DNA of 43,905 bases from Psammoneis japonica (Eukaryota), in the NCBI GenBank assembly GCA_008632985.1, contig QPGO01000232.1, positions 62,001 through 105,905 on the forward strand. Reading direction: 5' to 3'. The notes below the pieces were generated by a model that was not told where the DNA came from, did not search any database, and saw only the letters and a list, made by a program, of their open reading frames with translations. Below are positions 1 to 9,770 of the stretch, in pieces (position 1 is the first letter of the stretch; each line of letters begins with the position of its first letter). The position numbers and the translations under genes were made by a program.

Positions 1-166
1 AAGTGAGGGCGTCAATTTGGGTGGGTGAGAACGTGAACAATTCCTCGCATGATTCAATCCCGTTGATGGACAGGGCAGAACGAAGAGGGCTGTCATTGTC
101 TTGATTGAGCACAGTGCCTAGAATGCATTTGAAGCTTTCGGTTTGTTGCTGTCGCGTGAGAACCAT
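1..166 (-). mobile_element. 5' end of the gag ORF of a decayed Ty1/copia (CoDi-like) LTR retrotransposon; continues off the window
   Basis: The minus strand from ATG at 166 reads MVLTRQQQTESFKCILGTVLNQDNDSPLRSALSINGIESCEELFTFSPTQIDALT, resembling N-termini of diatom CoDi gag proteins (recalled, not searched). Upstream are GACTT-rich repeats at ~220-300 and a TGGTCAG PBS-like motif near 455-470; the LTR probably lies in ~472-1100. Confidence 0.5.
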
Positions 167-1399
167 GACGGAGGACGGTGCAGCAGAAACAAAAGACAAG
201 ATCCAATCTAGAGCGCGATCTTGACTCGGAGTTTTGACTTGGAACTTGGCTTGAAAAAGACTTGACTTGAGCTAGACTTGACTTGAAATCTTGGACTGTC
301 TTAAAATCAGAAGTTGCCGGGTTGTGCCATCCCGTTCGTTGTCAAGTGCCAAACTTCCTGTCCGGTCCGTAGAGTTGTGCCGGCACGTCCGAACCCGTGC
401 AGCTGGTGGCGCTTTGGGTTGCTTACGAGCGGAGCAGCGGGTTGTAAACCCCTGCAGGTGAGCTGACCAGAGGTGGACAAGACCCCCGAACCGTTCTTAT
501 TTTATGTCGGTTGGATTTCCCGATCAGGCTGGCCAGTTGACGCAGGCGTCAGGCACTGTGGACGAACGAACAAACGCGGGAAAAACACCCTCGCCCCAAC
601 GCAGGCTGCAATCACGGCTGCTTGCTCTCACAGTCGTCCTCGTGGACCTGGTGGAACTGCAGAGCACCAGTGGTCCGGGGTGGATCAGGTGCAATGGACT
701 CGGTGTGCTTGTAGAGTGGTGGCAAAACCGCAATCCGAAGAGTGGGTGCAAGTTCTTGGCCGTGAAGACATGCACACATGCATGTCTTCAGCGACGAAGG
801 TCCTTGAACATGTGGGGCTCTTGACTGTTAACCGATGAATGGGCACATCAAGGGATGAGGATCAAGGGTGGACTTGGACATGACCGTTGAATGTGTGTCT
901 TCAGCGATCAAAGGCAGTGTGATCAATCCAGATGTCCAGCGACAAGGAGACTTGACGGTGACGTTAAATTCCTGCCGATGCCTGGTGTTGAACGCGCGTA
1001 GACTTGCCGATGCATGTAGAACACACACGGAGGTCCACGCAGAATTGAGGTGGCGTCGTCGGTAAATCAACGACAACGATGGCGGTTGCTCAATGGGTTG
1101 ACAATGAGCAAGACTGTCAATCTGTCAGAAATTGAAGGCAAATGGCAAGAATTCAAACAATGACTCCTTGCTGCTGTCTAAATGGCAGATGAGTCTCCGC
1201 TCAGAGACCGTTGCAGGAGCCGAAAGACGTGTGAGTCGGCATGATCGGGCTGCTGTTGTTGTTCTTGTGAGCCTTGTGGCTCGAAAGCAAACTGCATCGC
1301 GCGCGAACGTGCGGAACTAAAGCACACAAAACTGTGCGCGGCAAACTGGACAGTGCGCGATGTTTCGCGCGCACCTGAATCCTGTTCAAATCCTGTCAA

Positions 1400-1570
1400 A
1401 TGGCGAGAGGCTGAAGACAATGGTTTTGGATGTTCTGTGTCCTTGTCGTCCGATGGAAGCATCGTTGGAGTTGGTGCACGGGGGGCTGACGTCAATGGCG
1501 ACAAGTCTGGATCCGTGCATGCATTCACGGCAAACAACAACCAGAGGTGCATTTTGCATTTCATCCATTT
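1400..1570 (+). pseudogene. Relic of the last FG-GAP blade and 3' end of the receptor gene family
   Basis: Aligns by eye with 23357-23530 and 38520-38690 (EAEDNGFGCSVSLSSDGSIVGVGARGADVNGDKSGSVHAFT vs EAERDWFGHSVSLSADGSFVGVGARNADVNGDESGSAYAFT), including 3' flanking sequence. Confidence 0.85.
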
Positions 1571-1799
1571 GCATTGCTTGCGTCATTGCAATGTTGCATT
1601 TCAAACGACTGATGGTGTCGCAAGTGCTGCAGCAACAAAATGAAACCGTTGATTTGCAATGAGCAGGTCAGTCAGCTCTCCAGTCCTTTTGGTGGCATGC
1701 TGCAAGACATTTGCTGCATCAGTCCATCACATGAGGAGAGACGCAGCTCGGTGTCTAGAGTTGCATTGGCACCTGCCGCTGGCTAGAAATGCTGCTTGC

Positions 1800-2430
1800 A
1801 GCTGACAAGATTCCTGAGCTTTTGGCATTGCAGGTCGAAGTGACAATTTGTTTGTAGACGTGGCATTCGTTCTAAGAAAACCAATGCTTTTGTCCAAACT
1901 GTTGTCTTGCAGATGCTTTTCAGCCTTGTTCATTTCTGTCTTGGCATGAAACAACCTGCTCAATCAAAAATCCGCGCCCATCCACCCCAACAAAATGGCA
2001 CAAGTCATGGCAATCACGGGTGCCGCGCTGACAATGTTTTGAAAGAACATGGCCAACCCTTGTTGAATGAGAGAGCCGCCACTCTTGCCAATGCAAGAAC
2101 CCAACACATCAATCACAGCCTTGCCCTTGACTTTGGATTCCTCATCAAGTGGAGTGTGCGCCAGCATTTGTGTTGTGGGTTCAAAGCACACACAGAATTT
2201 GCGTTGAAACTTGTGCAGAAACTTTGCAACCAAGGGGAACATTGCCGACAAGAATGACAAGCATGTCAACCAAAAAAGGTTGGCACCAAATGCGCGAGAT
2301 TGCTTGTGATGACAGAACAAAAGCATGCCAATGAAAAACGCAGTTGGAAAGGGCAGGCAAGAGCCATCATCATTGCACCATCTGAAAAAGGCATCGTTGG
2401 TGCAAGAGCTCATGCAGACAAACATGCAGG
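1800..2430 (-). pseudogene. NTT: Hypermutated 3' fragment of a plastid-type nucleotide transporter (TLC/NTT family), with 3' flank
   Basis: FEPTTQMLAHTPLDEESKVKGKAVIDVLGSCIGKSGGSLIQQGL is the NTT C-terminal motif with Y->H. The DNA is colinear with 8460-9000. Confidence 0.85.
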
Positions 2431-4438
2431 AATCTGTGAAACCAAGGCAGAAATGCAACACGATCCTGAAAAAGCTTTGCGGCTTGCAACTGCCTCCGGC
2501 AAAGCTCTGCACATGATTGTGATGGGAAACCTTTGTCATGTGAACATCTGAACAAATTAGGATTTTGCAGCGTGCTGCCATTTCCTTGCGATTCACATGA
2601 CAACCACTTCACATCATCAATTGGTGCTGCTTGTGCAGTCACAAAGTCAAAAGATGTTGTCAAAAACAACCACACACTGTCATGGTGACTTGTGCAAAAA
2701 CCCTCATGTTGTTGCTCCACAAAGAGTTGTGCGCGCAGCCTCAGAACTTGATGTGATGCGAAACATGCCCCTGTTGCAAAGCAGGTTGCAGCTCTAGATT
2801 GTGACAATCTGGAACCAGTTTTTGCTGGAAAAGGGGTTTTGAACAATTGAGCACAGTTGTGTGAGTGCAGAAATGGTTTCTTCAGCACAGATGGGGCTGC
2901 TGTCAGTGTCATGATGAGTGGCTTTAACAGGTCATCATCACACATGATGTCAACATCTTTTTGCACATCCCAGTGCTTGCATGGCGACAAACAAGCCTTG
3001 TCTTCCCATTGTGAAGATGGAGTGCACAGTTCCCTGAGGCACTGGCTTTCTGGCTGCAGCTGTGGTGGTTCTAGATCAAGACAATCCAGAATTGTGGCAT
3101 CCACAGACTGCGACAATCTGGAGTTGAGTGGCTCTAGATTGGGACAAATTGGAGACTGGGAACAAGCAAAAACATCTGGAGACATCATTCTGACATTGCT
3201 GGGAAGTCATTTTTGAAGAAAAGGTTGCAACAAACAGTTTGGTCTGTTGCATGTTCACAATCTGCAATCAGTGAAATGACCAGAAACAGCCCTTTTTGGG
3301 GATGTTCCAGGAACTGCAGCAACATGTGCGTCAAGATAGAAACACAGACAGACGTGCCAGCCACCAGTTGGTTGGTCAGTTGGCTTGTCAAAAGCTCACT
3401 CAAAAAACCACATCACAGCACAGCAGCACCATGATCACAAGAGACTCTCACATGACAGCAAAAATGCAATCTCCAAGAGGCAGAGCAATGGGCTTGCTTC
3501 ATGCTGACATGCTGTGAGATGAGTTTTTCAACGCACAGACACAAACACCACACCGCAGTCTGCACAGATTCTATGACAAAAGAGCCATGCAGAGGAGAGT
3601 GCCAGCCATCTCCAGGGCAATGAGAACCTCACCTCAAGCCATTTTTTCTTTTCCACTCACAGCATTAAAGCTGTCACAGATTCCACAAGGTGGCATGCCA
3701 TGACTGAGCATCACACAAAAAAAGCAAATTGAACGCTCACCCTTTTCTCATTTTTTCACTTTTTGCAGAACAACAACACCCACCAACATGAGCCGCTCCA
3801 ATGACCCACCGCAAAATTCCCCTGCAAGCACAGCAACAATGACAACCATGTGTGACAGACATGGTGGTGCCAGCAATGGCACAACTTGAAGGATGATTGA
3901 GACAAAACAACAAAGCAAGAGGTTGAAAAATGTTGCAAATCTGCCTGTTGCAACAGCGAGGAAGCTGTGTGTGGTGCAGAACAGATGTTGACTCCCAGCT
4001 TTTGTTGCTCATCACTGCCAGCAAGAGCAGCAAGAGGAAGCACTGCAGCCATCTCCTGGAGCCACTCCAGTCCTCAAACTTTTGCTGTTGGTCAAGGAAA
4101 ACAGGAAGTCCAGCAAAAGAACAGGCTGCTGATGAAGGTGTCACTCATTTTGGCACCCAAAGTGGTGTCGCCAATGCTGTGTCCACAGCAACCTGCCACT
4201 GCTGATGACAGCCCTCTTGTGCATGCTGAAGCACATTTGGCCAAACCAAGGGAGGGTGCTGTGGAGCATTTTGATGCACAAATGGCTCAAGTGTGGCAAG
4301 ATGTTGAGTGTCTTCAAATCAACTGGTTCTCTCCACCCAACAAGCAGCAAGCAGAGGTTGCTCGGGGTTGGTTTGGTGCCCCCCAGTGGGGCAGAGCACA
4401 GAGTGCACAGAGTCTGCAGACAATGCAGAGTCAACCAG

Positions 4439-4779
4439 CAGCTCCCAAAAGTCTGCCCGACATAGACGCCCGCAGACTTGTGCTGGTTTTTTGTCAAAAG
4501 TCTGCCCGTTCGGAACGCAGCTTCTACATGATTTTTGCACTGGTGCACCTCATGAACCGTGGGCTTTTCTGCGTGATTTTTTGTGCGGAGTTCGTGCAAC
4601 GGAAATCAAACTGAACATCTCATGAGCCAGTGGCCTTTTTGGGATTTGTTGCATGCACAATGTGCCAGATTCTTGTGTGCAGATGCAAAGGTAGAAAAGA
4701 CAAACAAACACACTGGGAACTTCAGCAAAATTCTGCACAATCGGGCAGACTTTTGTCGCGGGCAGACTTTTGGGAGCTG
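4439..4779. mobile_element. MITE-like element, 341 bp
   Basis: Perfect 21-bp terminal inverted repeats CAGCTCCCAAAAGTCTGCCCG (4439-4459) and CGGGCAGACTTTTGGGAGCTG (4759-4779). Extra subterminal AAAAGTCTGCCCG copies at ~4497 and ~4742 (inverted). Flanked by a CCAG direct repeat (4435-4438, 4780-4783). Confidence 0.8.
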
Positions 4780-4789
4780 CCAGTCAGCA

Positions 4790-5235
4790 GCTGCTCAAAA
4801 CAATGATGGTGTTGAAGACATTTGCAACAAGATTCATTGTTGCAGGTGCTTGCTTGTTTTGGAAGTCACACCGGTGTTGACAGCTGCTCCAACGATGCTT
4901 GTTCCTGTTGCTCCAGCTCCCTCTTGGGTCATTGTGCTTCCAAAGCCCATGGAAACAAGTGGGCAAATCTCACGTGGAAATGATGCAGAAGATCATTTTG
5001 GCTGCTCCGTTTCCTCATCTTGCGGTGGCAGCACCATGGCTGTTGGAGCAAATCAATGGAGCTCTTCCTGCCCTGTGGTTGTGTTGGCACATTCCAAGCA
5101 CCCAGCAGTTGCAGTGGATTTGCTGCACTGCACAAAAACTGTGCACGCAGAAATGGATGTCACAAGATTTGCACTGGCCCAAAACAGTTGTGTGGTGCAT
5201 TGGATCCAACACAGGCCCTGGTGTGTTTTTTGTTT
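4790..5235 (+). pseudogene. Deleted, decayed paralog of the receptor gene (juxta-TM, stalk and FG-GAP pieces)
   Basis: ATTCATTGTTGCAGGT resembles the TM start at ~21411, and LEVTPVLTAAPT resembles SEVSTSTAAPT. GNDAEDHFGCSVSSSCGGSTMAVGANQW matches blade 1; ATGGCTGTTGGAGCAAATCAATGG is identical to 22387-22410. Confidence 0.75.
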
Positions 5236-5769
5236 CCCTCCTCCTGGATCAACCCAGGAGGAGGGAAGTCAATGATGGCAAGCTCCTCCTCCCCTTTGCT
5301 GTTGGCCATCTTGGTGGTCTTGGCTTCTTTTTGCCATCAACCGCTCTTTGGAATTTTGCTCTCCTCAACTTGTTCTCAACCTGCCAAGCCTCCTTGGCTC
5401 CACTGCTTTCTGTTCCTCCAGCCCACATGCGCTGGCCTCTCTCCCTCTCTGCCCCTCTCTGCCCACCTTCCTTCTGCTGATTTCACCTGGAGTTGCCTTT
5501 CCAGGGGCTGCTTTGGCAGCACACATCACTCTGCCTTCCCACCCCAGTGGGCCATTCAGACACTTGGTTGGGCACAACCTGATGCTCCATCCTTTGATGC
5601 TTGCCCTTTGCTTTGCCTCCTCCCTGCATGCCAACTCCTCTCCCACCCCCTCTGCCAACCACCCTGCGCACTGCACCATGAGAGCTTTTCACAGCACTGA
5701 ACACCGCCACAACCCAGCTGCTTCTGGCAGCATCAGATGCTGACCTCAACACATGGCAAGGACAAGAAG

Positions 5770-6045
5770 CAACATCCAAGAAATGGGGTCAATTGGGAAG
5801 TCCACCATCAGTGTTCACAGTTCAGTTGTGGCAGTGGGCGCGCCTGGAAGCAACAACGGAGTTGTTGCATGTGAGCACGAGACAACAAGATGTCCTCTTC
5901 TTGGAGTCACAAAGCCAAGCTGCAGCTTTGGCTGGTCTGTGTCATCAAGCACAAATGACGGCACCTCAATGTGGAAAGCAGCTGGCATGATGTGGGCTGC
6001 AAACTGTGCGGGTCAAGTTGGAGTCTTTCAGAGCAATGCCGACAT
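5770..6045 (+). pseudogene. Decayed FG-GAP propeller fragment (blades ~5-6)
   Basis: VVAVGAPGSNNGVVACEH...SFGWSVSSS...AGQVGVFQSNAD parallels IVAAGAVGSNDRVLVYSY...FGWSVSLS...AGQVQIFQYDVNAD. Confidence 0.65.
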
Positions 6046-7050
6046 CTCCAAACACCTTGTCTGCAGAAAGGAGCCTCTTTGCAGCTGGCGCCCATTGCAG
6101 CAGCAGTTGACCCAGCTCCACACTTGCAACTCGCCCCTTCTTGTGGCATTGCAAGCAAGGGCAACAGCAGCAACAGCACATGGCTGGGACAACAGCGGCT
6201 GAAGTTGAGAGGGTCATCAGCACACTTTGCACTTCAGCGTCGACTTGAAGTCTGTTGTTTGTGTGAAAACAGTTCTGCGGTGCATGGCAGAAGCTTCCAG
6301 GGGAGCAAAGCCACCACAAGCTCTGGCAGCCAGCGGGCACTCTGCATTTTTGTCACGCCCCACATGCCCATTTTCAAGTCACATTGGTGTTGTCAAATGC
6401 ACACACCCCAGCCACGTGCAAACATTGGCCATGGCTTGTGTGGCTTCAAAAGTCTCTCTCCAGTGCAAAAAACCCACAGCTGGGTGAACAAAAAACACTG
6501 CTTTTGATTTGGTGGAGCATGATGGCAGAGGCTGTGGAAGCTGCAAGACAGACAAAAAGGCAAAACAAGCTTGTCTGTTTTGTGCCAAGTTCTCTGCAAT
6601 GTGCTGGGCATGATGTGAGTGACGGGCAAGGGCACAAAGACACAAGGCCTGCTCCACATCTCGCTGCTGACGCAGCAGGTGCCTCAAGGTGCTGTGACTT
6701 TTTTCATCTGAGCAGGGGGCGGCGAAGCTCTTGTGTTCTCACACAGGTGGTGCTCTTTTGTTCATTTGACAAGCTCTCTTGGTCTTGCCCTCTTCAGTCA
6801 AGATCAAACACGGGCCGCTTCAAGACAATCTGCCAGCCAGGATTTGCGACAATGGCGCCTGCTTTCTCTGCTGTCTTTTGTTGGATGTCTTGCCCCGTCA
6901 AAGGCGTGCACTTGAGATGCCCAACTGAGATCTGTTTGTTGTGTGAGCTGAACAGCCACCAGCAAGCTCGTTGGCGGGTGCCACAGCTGCAGCGTGGCTT
7001 TGTGTGTGCTGGCATCCCGGCATCATCTTTGTGGCCCGGGCCCCCCCCCN

Positions 7051-7056
7051 NNNNNN
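7051..7056. other. Assembly gap (N x6) inside a poly-C run
   Basis: nnnnnn flanked by C homopolymers. Confidence 0.98.
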
Positions 7057-7611
7057 CCCCCCCCCCAGCTCTTTTTCTGCAGGCGCCTTGGCAAAGGGCA
7101 CAGACTGCACTTTGTTGGTTGTCCCTGGGGCTTTGACCCAGAGATTGCCGATTGCCATTGTCAACGTGTCGAGGTCGCTCGAGTTAAGTGCAAAAGTGCC
7201 AAGTGGAGGCGGGCACTTTCGCCGCATCACTGCAGGATTCTCGCCCGCATTGCAGATGAATCCGCGTTCATTGCGGTCTTGCTTCAACCACCGTGTCAGA
7301 AGTCAGAATAATAATTCTTCGTGTCAAAGCAGCGTGTCATAATGATAATCCGACTGACACCGGGCTTCTCGTTTCTCACAAAACAGCAACATTGATAAGG
7401 CATTGCTCTAAGTGTTTCTACCATACCAAACACAAAGTGCTCTATTTGGCAAAGGTATGTTTAATTATTGCTGGGGGTTGGGCTATGAAAGTGATGCGTA
7501 AAGCGAGGAAAATTGACGGTCGATACGAACAAGCGCGTGATGAGGGTCGTTCGCTCCTTTGACAGCAACTCGTATCACCCTGCACCTCTTCCTTTCCACA
7601 GAACCAAAAGC

Positions 7612-8292
7612 ATGTCCGCAACCAAGAAAGACGTTGAGGAAGGTACCCCTACCGAACAAGCGACGGGGTCTCCTCCTGCTCCTGTGCCACAGCTTAAGAA
7701 GGGTCCTCTCCTTGCCCTGCTCGCTCTTTGTTTGCATTGGGTGTTGCTGGCACTGCTGTGGGCAGTGTCGCCCTCAAGAGGCCAACGATGTGAACAGCGA
7801 CATGGATCAGCTCAGCAAAAAGGGCCCTGTGATGGAGAGCGCACTTTCATTCAGAGCTTCACGTTTCCTCCGATATTCGTGCCATCTCCAAACACCATGA
7901 CTCATGTCCCGGCATGGGATTTCGTGGATCCATCTTGGTTCGGAACTCCTGGAAATCGTGTCATTTACCACAAGGACCCCATGTACGATGGTGGCACCGC
8001 TGACTTTGTCGCTGCCACTCCCATTGGATACATAAGTGGCGTAGAGACGTTCATCAAGCCCGTGACAGATCCGACAGACTTTCCAGTGAATTATATGTAT
8101 GCAACCGCTCAGCTTAATGGGTTCGAAGGAGACTTCACCTACGCTGGCATTATTGAAGGCAATGGTAGTGCTAATAAGCTCTCCATTTTGGGAGGCACAG
8201 GCTACTGGGAGAACTTTTCTGGCCATGTTGAGGGTCAGTTTGACGTTGAAAACTTGCAGTTCTCCGCAAAGATCTATCAGACGTGCCAGTAA
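7612..8292 (+). CDS. Putative membrane-anchored dirigent/allene-oxide-cyclase-like beta-barrel protein (probable indels near the N-terminal hydrophobic segment)
   Basis: ATG at 7612, normal Tyr content, hydrophobic stretch near the N-terminus, and C-terminal LSILGGTGYWENFSGHV resembling the I-x-GGTG-x-F/W motif of dirigent/AOC barrels. An alternative frame LGVAGTAVGSVAL extends the TM segment, suggesting frameshifts at ~7735-7830. Confidence 0.55.
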   Translation: MSATKKDVEEGTPTEQATGSPPAPVPQLKKGPLLALLALCLHWVLLALLWAVSPSRGQRCEQRHGSAQQKGPCDGERTFIQSFTFPPIFVPSPNTMTHVPAWDFVDPSWFGTPGNRVIYHKDPMYDGGTADFVAATPIGYISGVETFIKPVTDPTDFPVNYMYATAQLNGFEGDFTYAGIIEGNGSANKLSILGGTGYWENFSGHVEGQFDVENLQFSAKIYQTCQ

Positions 8293-8589
8293 GAGCAGAC
8301 TGCAATTGCTGGCTAGAGTGTGGATCTGAAGGATTTGTTTTTTTCCCTTGTGTGCGAGATGACGACTGCCTGTGATTTAGGGCTTAGTGTGCGTATGATG
8401 ACGAGAATGGATTAGTTGAATTCTTTTATGCTCTATAGTGCACTGCTTGCAGCTAAAAAGGTTCCTGACTTTTTAGCGCTGAAGGTCGGAGTGACAATTT
8501 GATTGTAGATAAGGTATCCGTTATAAGAAAACCAACGCTTTTGTTCCACGCCGTAGTCTTACTGATTCTTTTCAGCTTGTTCCTTTCAG

Positions 8590-9770
8590 TCTTGGCATGA
8601 AACAAACTGCCAATCGATGAGCCGAACCCATCCACCCCAACCAGACGGTACACTAAATCACGGCAACCACGGGAGCCGCATTAATCATGCTTTCCAAACA
8701 TACTACCAACCCATGTTGAATAAGCGAGCCACCGCTCTTGCCAATACGAGATCCAATACATCAATTGCAGCCTTGCCCTTGGCTTTGGATTCCTCATCTA
8801 GTGGAATGTACGCCATTTGTGTCGTGGGATCAAAGAGCGCGTACTTGGACGTTTTGCTTATACCGTAGTAAAGATTGGACCGTTCCAAAGACAACCGTGG
8901 CGGATAGACGTGTATGTGGGGCTACCGTCGAGACCCAACAAGATACAAGCAAAGAACGGTAATGCTAGTACAGCCATGATCCCCGGTGTCGCCATGGCAC
9001 CCACCCTCCATCCCAAGATTCGAATCACGTGCACGCCAAAGGAAATTGACAAATGCACACATGGATACAGCCCCACGGCCAACGAGAAGTTTCCCATGAA
9101 GCGCTAATACTCGGGTGGGTCGGAATATTGTTTCTTGACGAGTGATTTCCAAATGATTTCGGTAAAATTAATCGACAATCCGTATACCCCAACACCAAGG
9201 CTGCCAGAAACAAAAGAGCTTCGACTTGCTCCAGACCGCTACCATTTTCGAGTACAGTGCAATAAAGGCTGTTGCGGTAGGAAAGAGCTCCGTTAGTCTA
9301 TTGAAACAACAAGTACTTTTATTGCGTGAGAGTGCGGTGGTTGAGAACAAACATACCAACATGCCGTGCATGCTGTACACCTCACCTTTTAAAAATGCAA
9401 TAGCTGCGGTTCCACATTGCGATATTGCTGTACACCTCACCTTAAAAAAATGCAATAGCTGCGGCTCCACATTGTGATACTGCAAAAGTGTCCTTGGTGT
9501 CTTGTGTAATTGTCAACGTCCGTGTCGTTGATAGTGGCAATGGAAATGTTGTGCTCGTCAGTGAGGCACCTGGTTACACGCCCGGTACTTGTTTCTCCCG
9601 GTGGTTGTTGGCTCCTTTGTGTATCCCGTATTCGAATCCACAAAAGGTGAAGAAGACGACCGCGGTATCTGCATCGCGCACCATCATAACTCCAGCTATT
9701 ACCTGAAGATATTTAGAAAAAAAGAACATCATGGAGCTCAAATTCAATGAGTGGTAGTTAAGCTTTGTTC
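8590..9770 (-). pseudogene. NTT: NTT (TLC ATP/ADP translocase family) pseudogene with internal deletion
   Basis: Contains TQDTKDT..QCGAAAIAF, PTATAFIALYSKM, YGLSINFTEIIWKSLVKKQYSDPPEY*RFMGNFS (in-frame stop), LGWRVGAMATP and KYALFDPTTQMAYIPLDEESK. Also frameshifts, a ~55-bp tandem duplication at ~9370-9480, and loss of the central TM region between YSKM and LVLGY. Confidence 0.85.

Noticed and set aside
6100..7300. Possible transposase relic in TA-free DNA
   Set aside because: No family motif recognised and the tract is interrupted by an assembly gap; counted only as part of the depleted domain.
1..7300. Classical fungal RIP or plain 5mC deamination as the cause of the compositional bias
   Set aside because: C->T processes raise TpA or leave it unchanged; here TpA is lost and homologs show A->G/T->C.
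470..7340. Dense overlapping Cys/His-rich ORFs in all six frames (also 17400-18700 and 26700-29240)
   Set aside because: A by-product of TpA loss, which removes TAA/TAG stops and Tyr codons; not real genes and not evidence of an alternative genetic code.
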